Shown here: piece by piece, positions 25,849-36,956 of the stretch
Layout of the letters: each line of letters opens with the position of its first letter
Position numbering within the stretch: the first letter of the stretch is position 1
From: Microbotryum violaceum
Lineage: Eukaryota
DNA: 64,000 nucleotides
NCBI GenBank assembly: GCA_001244265.2
Contig: CDLV01000020.1
Span: 124,001-188,000 of the forward strand
Direction: 5' to 3'
The notes under the pieces: model-generated
Told to the model about the DNA's origin: nothing
What the model saw: only the letters and a program-made list of their open reading frames with translations
Database searches by the model: none
Program-made: the position numbers and the translations under genes

Positions 25849-28099
25849 ATGCACGGCCTTGCTGCAGCCGTCCTAGTGGCTACGACGTTGTTGCAGCTCT
25901 GCTCGGCGCTCCCCTCGACCTCATCGTCGTTCCCGTCGTCGCGAGCCGAGGCCGACTCGCACCCGTCGCCGTACGATACCACCGCTTACATGGCCTTCCC
26001 CGCCAGGACCGCACCGGTAGGGCACGCGTTCATGTCGCCTCAGACACCGCTCGTTGACCCGGGTACGATCCCCGCCGCCTTGAGGTCCAAGCGACCCAAG
26101 CTGCTCGACCCGGATACCGCACAAAGCCCAGCATTTGCCTGGGATCGGCATCCGCTGGGCAAACGTCGCGCCGGCTTGGACCCGCTCGAGCAGTTCAACG
26201 TCGGCCGCCTGTCAAAACGAGCCGCCATCGCATCGTCGAATGCACCCTTCCCAGCCTCGACTTGTGAGTATCGACCTGGGCCATGGGCTCGGATGGCGCG
26301 GCTCCCATGGCGGCCGCAGGGCCTCACCTCATTCAACCGCGAAGGGGGGGCCAAGCACCGCATTCCTTCCTCGCTTCCTCGCTCTTGGCTCGTTGACTGA
26401 CCCTCCCGATCTCGCAACGCGCATCTATCGTATCAGACATCAATGTCAACAACTTGACCTCGATCGCGCTCGTCGCACAGGCCGCCGTAGCTCGTATGCA
26501 GACATGGTACGAGGATGGTGTATTCGAGTCAGTCCCCCTCTTCTTCGCGCGGTGCCTGCCGTCATCGGCGAGACGTGGTCTCTAACCGTGACCTGTTCGT
26601 GCGACTAACTCATCCTTTCACAGCTGGACAGGATGGTGGCAGACACCCGTGTTAGGTCTTGCATACACGCAGCTCGATCTCGCCCTTGGTAACAATGGTG
26701 TGTTTCACGTCGGTCGCTGTCAGACCTCGCGGACTCCGAAGACGAGAAGAGACCCACGCGCTGTGTGAATCGCCGAGTTAACTCTCTCGGCTCGCTTACC
26801 CCCTGAACAGTCAACGAGTTGCTCATCAAGGATTTGCTCATCAAAAACGACGATAAAGGATGGATGATCGATGCCTACGTCGATGATCAGAGTGCGTTTC
26901 CTGTTCCTATTGGTGCGACGTTCTGTTCGCTGACGATATGCCCGGAGTGCAATAATCCTCCAGGTTGGTGGGCCATGTTTGCGCTGCGGGCGCACCAAGC
27001 CTACCCGAACCAGACTTGGTTCCAGATGGTTCAAACGATCAATAACAACAACACGCTCTACTGGACCGACACATGCGGCGGTGGTGTACTCTGGCTTACC
27101 TACAGGCCGATGATCAAAAATACCATCACCAATGGGTCAGTTCTGAGGCTCACTTCAATTTGGGATCGCTTGTCTCTCACTGACGTCGTCCGCCCCTCTG
27201 CACAGTCTCTACTTCTCGATCTTGACGCGGCTGTACCGATACACAGGCAACTCAACGTACTTTGACTACTCGATGAACACCCTCAACTGGTGGCTCGGAT
27301 GGGGCTTCGACGCGGACAACGGCCGAGTATGGGATACCATCACCGGGCCGGACTGCGACAAAACGGGCGAAGCGTCATGGACGTACAATTCTGGCGCGTT
27401 CCTGTACGGCCTTGCAGATCTGTGGTACGCGACCGGCGACGAACGTATTCTCGACTTGGGCCGAACGATCGCCTACGCCGGTATTCGAGACTTTACCGAA
27501 GCCTCGACGGGTGTGCTCGTCGAAAGTTGCGAACACGACGCACCTCCGTCTGCGGGTAAACCGCCCGGATGTCAACAGGACGAAACCGTGTTCAAAGGAA
27601 TCTTCATCCTCGCTCTGGCCGAATTATACCTCGCTCGACCAGACCCCAACATCTACAACTTTATCAACACGCAAATGCTGTCAAACGTGTTCAACAACGT
27701 CGATAATTCGTGGCTGTTTGGGATGTGGTGGAATGGGCCTTGGAACGAGACGACCGCGGGACCTAAGACGCAGATTACGGCGCTTTGTGCACTGGCCGCG
27801 GCGGCGACGGTCAACGCGGACTATTTGGCCCATGCGGGTGCCGATACGTGAGTCCAGGTCACGGACGCCGCCGCTTGCCAATCCTAACGGTGCTGATCAT
27901 CATCCCACTCATTCGAAACAGAACTGTCGCTTCAATGTACCAAGTCGCCGTACCGGACAATACCTCCCGGTCAACGAACGCGGGCTCGACCGTCCACGAA
28001 ACGGGTGTACACACCTCCGCTTCAGCGACAATAAAACACTTAGGTCCTTTCGCCGTTGCTGTTCTCGCCTTTGTCGTAGGCGTCGCTGTTCTGGTGTAG
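25849..28099 (+). CDS. Secreted, probably GPI-anchored glycoside hydrolase family 76 (alpha-1,6-mannanase / DFG5-DCW1-like)
   Basis: Signal peptide MHGLAAAVLVATTLLQLCSA. Catalytic-type YVDDQ(S)WWA plus CGGGVLW, KNTITNG, WTYNSG and FKGIF. Ser/Thr-rich spacer and hydrophobic C-terminus HLGPFAVAVLAFVVGVAVLV*. Confidence 0.88.
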
Positions 28100-28946
28100 T
28101 CTCGTCGGAGTTTTGTGTTTCTAGATATCCTATCGTCAGGTTTGACTTCCGAGGTGTGAAGCTTTGTAAGAGGATTGGTCTGATACATGTAATCAAACGT
28201 TTTAAATTTAATCCTGTCGTTGTCTTCTGAAAGAGTGCTGAGCTCGCGGGCAAAGAGGGGTCGCTTGGGAGGTCATTCTCGAACGCTTCCGCGTGTGGAC
28301 CCACTCCGAGCACGGATCGGAGATGTCATCCGCGGATCCCGAGTTCTGAGGCATGGCTGACAGACATCACACCAAACAACGGATTTTTTTTTTGTACCGT
28401 CGGTTAACTACTTCCTCTTTGCGCCCGGGACAACTGATGTCCCTGATTTAGACTACACTGCAGTTCGGCAAGTCGGCTCAACTCGAATTGTGCCGGTTCG
28501 GCCATGAGATGTTCGCACAAGCTGTCAGAGCACTTCGGTACATAGCGCACTGGTTCGGTCAAATATAATGCTTATCGATCAAACCTCTCGGTGTCCCGCT
28601 GGGTCCCTCATTGGCCTCGGCGTGACTAAGCGTAGCCCGAACAACGAAAGAGCTCCTCTCCCCTTGGGGCCGGCGACGCAGCGCACTCGAACTCGGAACC
28701 CGCAAGAGAAAAATATTCCTAGGGCCTTGTCAAATCGCGCAAGGTCTCCTCTATTTGATCTAGTCGTTGAAATGGCATCGTAGGACATCGATGCACCGCC
28801 GTGCACAGGCAGCCGACGGTGCCGCCTCCTCCTCGAGGGTGCGCGGGCCAAGCCGCGGGGTAAGATTCAGGGGCGTCTGTTGGACACGTACCCCCGCGAT
28901 ACCCTGCTCTGACCTCTCCGTCCGCCCCTCCCGTTCAGTCAGCACC

Positions 28947-29597
28947 ATGGCGTCTCATCCACCCGACTTTGATGCGACTGGCACAGTCTGATTTGCGACT
29001 CTTCATCTGGGACGTCGAGTACAAGCTGACGCTGGTGCCAAAGGGGTACCCAGACTGGAAGCGGGTCACGGCGCCAACGCTCGAGACCCACACCCCTTTC
29101 GCGGACGAGACCAGTCCCGCTCTCGACCCGGCTCGTCTACCCGTCATAGCGATGACGGTATGTCTCCCATTCCCCCAATGGGTTCTCCAAGTCCCCCTCC
29201 CCTTGAATCTCCTTCGCCTGCTCTAAGGAGGAGGCTCGTTCAGCCGTACGAGGGCTCGGTCCACACCATGGCGACGCTGGTCTATCGCAAGACGTTGGAC
29301 CCGGTCGTAGTCCACCACAAGATAGGAAAGAAGACCAACGTCTTGCTTCCCAATATCTTACAAGCTCAGACCCAGCTCGTGATCGGAGGTGCCGAGGAGC
29401 ACTCCAGGTGGCTGCAGCTGGGCGACCTCCAACCTGGGGCGACGCTCGAGCAAGCCATCGCCGCTCTTGGCAAGGCCCAAGAAGAGGAAACGAGGAAGGG
29501 GTGGGGAGCCGCTGGAGCGAGGCGATCGCTGCGCAGTGGCAGCAAAGCGCAGAACGTGGATGTAGAAAGTAAATTCAATCTCCCTCTCTCTCGTTGA
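28947..29597 (+). pseudogene. Disrupted gene-like remnant forming the left arm of the inverted duplication
   Basis: Intron-like signals (GTATGT at 29158, CTAAG branch, CAG at 29241-29243) join two protein-like frames, WDVEYKLTLVPKGYPDW..VIAMT|PYEGSVHTMATLVYRKTLDP... The upstream ATG frame hits TGA at 28989-28991. No family recognised. Confidence 0.35.
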
Positions 29598-30019
29598 GGG
29601 TCGACGGTATGCGATCGCGCCAGCTGCTCCCACCCCCTTCCTCGGTTCATCTTCATCAAGAGCGGCGGCGGCTTGCTCCAGCGGCGCGCCAGGTTAGCTG
29701 CAGCCAGCGGTGGTGCAGTCCTCGGCCCCTCCGATCACGAGCTGGGTCTGGGCTTGTGAGCGGAAGGTAATATGATGATCTTCTTTCCTATCTTGTGGTG
29801 GACTACGACCGGGTCCAACGTCTTGCGATAGACCAGCGTCGCCATGGTGTGGACCGAGCCCTCGTACGGCTGAACGAGCCTCCTCCTTAGAGCAGGCGAA
29901 GGAGATTCAAGGGGAGGGGGACTTGGAGAACCCATTGGGGGAATGGGAGACATACCGTCATCGCTATGACGGGTAGACGAGCCGGGTCGAGAGCGGGACT
30001 GGTCTCGTCCGCGAAAGGG
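29094..30019. repeat. Long inverted repeat with perfect 241-bp arms (29094-29334 and 29779-30019) and diverged extensions
   Basis: Base-by-base reverse-complement comparison found no mismatch over 241 bp. The same peptide, MSPIPPMGSPSPPPLESPSPALRRRLVQPYEGSVHTMATLVYRKTLDP, appears on both strands in the ORF track. Confidence 0.97.
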
Positions 30020-30627
30020 TTTCGATTGTTGGCGCCTCGTCTGGGTACACATTTGGCAGCGGACGGAATGCGCGGGCATGGCCTTCAGGTTGGCGCCGTA
30101 GTCGCAAGGAGACTCGACAAAACTGACTCGCTTGTAGACTGTGCTCCCTTTCTCACCGCGGTTCGTGACTGTAGACCCTACAAATCGCGCATCAGCCACT
30201 CGAGTCAAAGGTTGATTCACCGCGTCTGAGGACATAAGCAGTGTACTTGCCCGTCTGTCGATTCGCAATTCATTCAGGCGTCGGGTATCTTCTCCATAAC
30301 AGAGCCTTGGCCGGGTCCAAATGCCGGTTCTCATCTGTCAAATAGTCACCCGTATACAGCATCCTCAGCAATCCAGGCCTCGCATCGCTCAAGAACATGA
30401 ACGCGCTCACTGCAAGACGTGGCCGGCTGCGAATGAGGAACCTCCGAGTCACCCCCACGGCGACGTTCGAGCTGGATGAGGTTGAGGATCCGAGATGGTT
30501 GGTGGCTGAGAGCGGGCTTTCTTCTTACCTATCAAGAATCAAAGTCGATGGTGGTCGAACAGGAGTCGAGCATCTCTTCCTCTGTAAACAATTCGTCGCT
30601 CTGAGTCGGCAGTGCTACGGTGAACTG

Positions 30628-30943
30628 TAGCCATAAACGGGTGCCAAATCCGCAGACCCCTCAGACCCCCTCAGACCAATTTCAGACCAATCTCAGACCG
30701 AATCAGAGCGGTTCACAGGGGATTCAGACCATTCTGGTGGATCTCAGCGGCACTCTGCCTTTTGGAGAAGATTTTCGACAGCATGCTGTACGAGAACTTG
30801 ATAAGAGCGTCTGTTATCATGCTCTACTAGCTCTGAGATGCTGGTTCAATGCAGGTGGTGTCAGAGCCCATCAATCTGAGCTCTTCTTCAACAGACTGAG
30901 GGCGTCTGAGGGGGTCTGACGATTTCGCACCCGTTTCGGGCTA
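30628..30943. mobile_element. Putative MITE / non-autonomous DNA transposon (~315 bp)
   Basis: About 50-bp imperfect TIRs: left TAGCCATAAACGGGTGCCAAATCCGCAGACCCCTCAGACCCCCTCAG versus right reverse-complement TAGCCCGAAACGGGTGCGAAATCGTCAGACCCCCTCAGACGCCCTCAG. Sub-terminal TCAGAC(C) repeats, TA at both ends, and no transposase. Confidence 0.7.
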
Positions 30944-32414
30944 TACGGCGGGCCCCCGGAGCAAGGGTCCGCTTTAGATTAGATCAGATATTTCAGCCTG
31001 GCCTTAAGAGAAAGTGCATAGGTACTGAAGCCTCAACGGAAGGGAGGAGAGGAGAGGAGATGGGATTCAATGCAAGAGAAGGTCAAAGTCTAAGCTACGA
31101 AGACTAGAATGGGTTTCACAACGGGCGCGCCGCAGGCGCCGCGCACGGCGCAGGCGCTCTCAGTGGCCGGGGCTTCCCGACCCAGTACCTAATAGATGGT
31201 GTAGCTGCGATTTAAAATAGGTATCCACCAATTATGGCACACACGAGAGATAATGGATTGAGCCATCCACTGTCCCGGCCAGTACCAGGCATCTGCTCTT
31301 CAGGCTGATCCAAATCGTGTGACTGCTGGGAATGCTATTGAGATTGCGATTGATAATGATGATTCGATGAGGAAGAAAATGAGGCTTCCAAGAGGTTACC
31401 GCCCTGCGTCAACTTCGACATTTCCATGGCTAAATCAACGACCTGATCAGACCAGATCAAGATCAGATACTAGACAGAACAGATTTGATGGGATCTGAAG
31501 TGGCGCCGGTAATCTCAGCAGTGATCATCTCGTGCGGACGTGCGGACCCGTGCCGAGTGGGTGATGGGGTGGGAGTGAGATCTCGTTTCAAGCGCGCTCA
31601 CGTGACCCCATTTACTCCGAGTCTAGAACGACTCTTGAGCGCTCACTTAGCGCGATCCGAACCGAGCTTGGCCAGGTAGGCGCCTGAGGATAGGAGGGGG
31701 TTGGACATTACTCAGTAAGCAAACCTGATCGACGTCGACGATATATATCCGAGTCGTCCTGCTCCCCTGCGCCTCCGCACGGAAAACCTCACGCACGCAG
31801 CAGAGGCTCGGGCCTGCTAGTGGCCTGCTCAGGCTGGCTCAGACCCGAGGCCCACGCAGGCGCGCGTGCGGTCGCGTCCTCCTTTTGATTAATGCAGTGT
31901 CAGCTCGTTCCTATTTGCGCGCCCCCCCCGTCTTCATACTCACTCTCACGACCCCGACGTCATCCGGGTCATTGGGATTGCCCCCCTCACGTTCGCTACG
32001 TTCAACTACCACACCGACCCCATTCACGACTTGTAAGGTGCTGCTACCTGGAGCGCAGGTGGGCGCCTTTGATTTCGCCCGCCTGAGGAACGCGCGTCAC
32101 GAGGTCGTGGGGATCCACAAGTCAAGTCGACACCCAGGATCGCATAAGGTTGTGCCGAGTGCAGCACTGACAGCAAGTCGAGTAGATCGCGCGAAGAGGT
32201 CGGTGAGTCTACCACACGTGTGCTACAGGGCTCGCGGATCGTGCTGTTGCTGACTTGGCTTCCGCGCTTTGCCAGGGCCCATCACCGGCGTGGACTCTGT
32301 GACGTTCTCCGAGCTCGACCCACGACGCCGGGGATCCACACAGGACGAATTTCGCACCTTGTAACCGCCCCGTCCCCTTCAGACAGAGCTAGAATCGAAG
32401 CGAACCCGGACAGC

Positions 32415-35400
32415 ATGTCAAATACAAGGTCGCACGACCAGTCCGAGCCCTTGCTGCTCTCGGACCTCCTGTCCTCATTCTCGACCGACAAGGAAGCGCT
32501 GACCTACATCCTCGCGCGCTACAACGACCTGGTCTCTCGGCATCGCACGTTGATCGAGGAGAAGCCGTTGCTCGAACACGTGGCATCTGATTCAGCTACA
32601 GCACCAAATGTTAAAGCGAATGACGCGTCGAGGAGGTCATTCGAGGTCGAAGCAGTCGGCGACGGCGCTAGTAACCGGACTAGTTCAAGGCCGAGCGGAG
32701 CGACGACGCGATCGATCGGCGACGACGAGCTACGCCGCCACGAAGCCTCGACGACGGATTCGACGGCGAGTTCCGTTGCGAGTAGCCTCCCCGATGGATC
32801 CCAAAGGCTGGTATTGGCGAACAACTCACTGAGGCGACAGCCTGATGCGACTAGGGGCACATCGGCGGAACCCGATGGCCCGAATTCGGCCCCGAACCCG
32901 TCTCACCAGCGAAGGAGAAGCGATTCCGAAAGGGGCGACTGGGACGACATCACCGCCTCCCCGAACCAAATCGATGACTTTGGAGACCGGGATTGGAGTG
33001 CACCTTACCATCACGTCAACCGCTCCACGCCATCGATTGCTTCTACGTTGCGCACCATAGTTGCTCCACCGCCGCCGAATTTTCCGTTACCGCAACGGCC
33101 GCGCGCCGAGCAAAGTGCTTTTGCCTCCGACTTGCGCAAGAGTCTCTCTTTGGACCTCAAAGACTTGAACCTTGATGACGACGTCGCGCGTGCCAGTCAA
33201 CAGATGAAGGCAAATCGATCCGATGACGGTCGAGCGGCGGTGCGACCGCCCAAGACTCCGCCCCCACCGATCGTCACTCGACCGCACTCGTCCAACACGA
33301 ACCATGACGACCGTCTTCAGCTTCTCGGCGACTCGCGAAGTGCTGGTCTATCCGTCACGATGAGCGTTCCCGTCAATCTTGCCAGTTTGTCCTTGCATGG
33401 AACGCCTGAGAGCAATCGCAGAGGGGGCCGCGGCATCGCATCGATGTTACCGCCGATCGCTCCAGGCAGTCCTCTGTCCCCAACCGCGTTCACGAGTCGA
33501 GATAGCGAACGCGATGGCGGTACATGGTCGACGGACAGGTCGGTGATCGATCGCAATGAACGGTACAAAATGAGGGTGCAGCCGGCAAATCTCTCATACG
33601 GGGACCTCCTCTCGCCCAAAGGGAAGGAAGATGGTCAAGATGGTGATCAGCTCATGCCCCCGAGCTCTGCGGAGCAGAAGCGTTCCAATCGAGAGCGTCT
33701 CATCTCCGAAACTCCCTTGCCAGCCGTGCCTTATCCTCATTCGTCGTACGGCAATAGTGACGAGCCCTTTTCCCCCCAAGGCTCACTGCTTTCTGCTCGA
33801 TCGGACGGTTCAAACCACAAAATGTCGGCCGCTCAAGCCTACGCCTTGAGTAGCACGTCTCCTTCGTCGCCTTCGGAGGGTTTGCCGTCTACCAATTCGG
33901 GGTCGCACTTCGCTGAGCATCGGTGGAGTCAAGGCGATGACCATTCGGCGTCTACGATAGTGCGTTCGGCCTCGCCCCATCAGCCCCAGCCATCCCGACC
34001 GCACGACTCTTCGACCCACCCCTCTACGACGCTCGACACCTCGGCCCCATCCTCACCTCAATCCGCACCTCTCGTCCCCGCGCATCTACCCCATACTCGC
34101 GTACGGATCAACAGCTCGAGACTGAGGACGTCGGACAAGGGCAAAGAGGTCGTCGTGTTCAGCATCGACGTGCACGTGCTCCGACCGCCATTGGACGGCA
34201 CCGAACCGCATCCGCCAATACCCCAAATGCCTCGATGGACGATCGAGAAAACCTTTGCCGATATCACGGCTCTCGACTCGACGATCCGATTGAAAGCGGG
34301 TCGGAAGGAGTACGCGGCAATGGCGCCTCTGCCCGACAAGTCCCTGTTCAAAGACCATGCCCCCGTCAAACAGGATCAACGCATGATCATGACTGAGCGC
34401 CACCTCCAGACGCTCGTTCAGATTCCGTTCAAGGATCGGTGGGCGATGTGCATCTTCTTGACGAGCGATGTGACTGCTGATCCTCAGACTCCGAACGTGC
34501 CCGTGTCGACCCAGTTGAATCGCTCGACGAAATCGTCCGTGATGTTGAACACGTCTTCCGCGCTCAATCAGCCCGGAAGGCCAATGGAAGGGTATCTGAC
34601 GAAACGTGGTCGACATCTCGGCGGTTGGCAAACAAGGTACTACATCGTGAATCCCGGGGTCGCCTTGATGTACTACGAAAACCCAGGAGGGCTCAAAATC
34701 GGCGAGATCCCGCTCGCTAATGCGGCGGTCGGTCGACAGGCTCCTTCGTCTCGCAAGGTCGATAACGACTACGATACCTACATCCATGCATTCTTGATTC
34801 GAGCGATCTACGAGAAGGAAGGAGAGCAGGAGCACATTCTTTGCGCCGAGACCGATGAGATTCGGGATCAGTGGGTTCAAGCACTGACCACCCCGCCAAG
34901 CATACTGCGGATGGCCACTCCGGCCAATGCAACCCCGGCCAAGAGTCAACCCTCGATTCCGAATCATCGTTCGATGACGACCATCAGCGAGGGTGCCGAT
35001 AGACCACCACTTCCCACGACGCCAAGTTTGGGCAAGCTGTCGGCATCCGTTTCCGAGTCGGTTTTGAGGTCGTCGGATCCAGATCACCAACTTGCTGCGC
35101 CTGCTCCAGGCTCGACACCAAACGACGCACGTAGCCGCGCAGGCCAGCTGACCTTTGAATCGGCCGCGCGACCAGAATCTGCGCAAGCGAGCAATCGACC
35201 GGCGTTGTTGACGAAGCGATCGGCGAAGGAACGAGCGGTGGGTGATGAAACGCACTCCACCTCGTTCGCTAGCGGCGGAGGTAGGCACTCGGTCAGTGAC
35301 GTCTCGAGCCCGATGAATGCCACGCCCCTTCCGAATGGCTACGACTTCAAGGGTGGTGTGGCCAAAGCTGAACGACGCAAGACCAAATCGTTTTGGGGAG

Positions 35401-36627
35401 GCTTCAGTCGCATCGACAAGTCGAGCGCGGATGTCAAAGCTTCCGCTCCTCAACCAGTCTTTGGTATACCGCTCAAGGAAGCCGTCGCACAATCGCGCAT
35501 CCGCCCGGGTTTCGAGCTACCTGCCGTCGTGTACCGATGCGTCGAGTACCTGGAAGCCAAGCACGCCGAAACTGAGGAAGGCATCTTCAGGTTGAGTGGC
35601 AGCGCCAATGTCATCCGTTTGCTGAAAGATCGCTTCAACACCGAAGGCGATATCAACCTTCTCGCGACGAAGGAATATATCGACCCTCATGCGATCGCGG
35701 GTCTACTCAAGCTCTATCTGAGGGAGTTGCCCGGCCATCTTCTCACGCGAGAACTCCATGCCGAGTTCTTGCAGGTTATCGGTACGTGGTGTGGCGTTGC
35801 CATTCGGCTCGCGAGCTTACCCGCTAACTCCGTAAATTGATTACTGGCATAGACCTGGGCAATCGCAACGATCGCGTCAACCTGCTCGGTTCGCTGATTG
35901 CTCGGCTCCCGATCGAGGAATACACCCTGTTCCGCTTCCTCTTCGCCCACCTCTGCGTCATCGCCCAGTCCGCGGACGTGAACAAGATGAACTTGCGTAA
36001 TCTAAGCATCGTCTTTTCGCCCAGTCTCTCGATTCCTGCTCCTCTGTTCATCCTCATCTTGAGCGAGTTCGATGTCGTGTTTGCCATCGAACCCGAATCG
36101 GGCCCTGCTGATGCAACGATGATCGAAGATGGTGCAGACCCCGAGGTGAGTGATCAGATCTGAGCTCTTGTGATCCAGGCATCCCTCGCTGATCTTACTG
36201 ATCTTGCGGAAAATAGCAGGCTAACACCGAGCGACGACGCAAGAACCGCAACTCGGAGCTCTACCTTGCTTTGGGTGCACCACTGCTGATGGAGCAGGAC
36301 GCGTTATGCCAACCGCTGCGTGACCTCGACTTTGGCGAGATCTTACCCGTCGATTCGGAGTGGTTCGCCGAAAGTGGCCTCGGTTCCGACTCTGCGCAAC
36401 TCGTTCCCTCCGGTCATGCCCACACGCCGTCCCAAGCAGCCGATGCGTTTCATTCGTTGTCGCCGACGTCTGATCAGTCTTCACATCAGTACCAGTACCA
36501 AGAGCAGTATCGAAATCGACCTCCTTCGACTCCTGGCGGTCAAGGGCAAAATGGGTCGCCAGGTAGGAACATGACTCCCAATGGGTTGCCGACCAGCCCC
36601 GGGCCGAGATACGGTCCGCCGTTCTGA
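32415..36627 (+). CDS. BEM3: Rho/Cdc42 GTPase-activating protein with PX, PH and RhoGAP domains (Bem3-like)
   Basis: PX-like WTIEKTFADITALDSTIR...LPDKSLFKDHAP; PH EGYLTKRGRHLGGWQTRYY...CAETDEIRDQWVQAL; RhoGAP VFGIPL, LPAVVYRCVEYL, EEGIFRLSG (Arg finger intact), AGLLKLYLRELP and NKMNLRNLSIVFSPSL. First ATG at 32415. Confidence 0.9.
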
Positions 36628-36956
36628 TCACCTTGTCTTGCAAAACGCCTTCTTACCCTTCGATCTCCCATAACATATGCCGTGCATCTGGCAGGAATCA
36701 TCCGATATGTTTGTGTCGTGCAAAAGGTCCATCGTGGCCCCATACCCTCTTTCTTAATCATACATACACTGTGGTTTTCAGCATTGAGTACTGAGTAGCA
36801 ACGAGACGCCTCCCCAGTGGATCCCGACATATCTAGCCCACGACTGTGCGCGACCGAGCGATCCTGAGAGCTAGATCCTGAGCGATCTCGGCGTGCTTGC
36901 GCCATCGCTCCTTGTGCTTCGCCTCGCATATTGCACGTCAGAGGTCCGCCGCGGAG

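Noticed and set aside
28713-28760. ATATTCCTA followed by a hairpin, resembling the snR30/U17 m1 motif
   Set aside because: The partner m2 motif (AAACCAT) and a correctly placed ACA box are absent.
30650-30730. Tandem TCAGACC repeats as a possible CRISPR-like array
   Set aside because: The units are about 7 nt with 3-4 nt spacing in a eukaryotic genome without cas genes; they are explained as MITE sub-terminal repeats.
31120-31200. GC-rich palindromic stretch as a Helitron 3' end
   Set aside because: No clear CTRR terminus at the expected distance, no identifiable 5' TC end and no Rep/helicase remnant.
32220-32414. 65-aa signal-peptide-like N-terminal extension of the RhoGAP ORF
   Set aside because: It starts at GTG and overlaps an intron-like segment (GTGAGT at about 32203 to CAG at about 32275). 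The first ATG is at 32415, and RhoGAPs are cytosolic.
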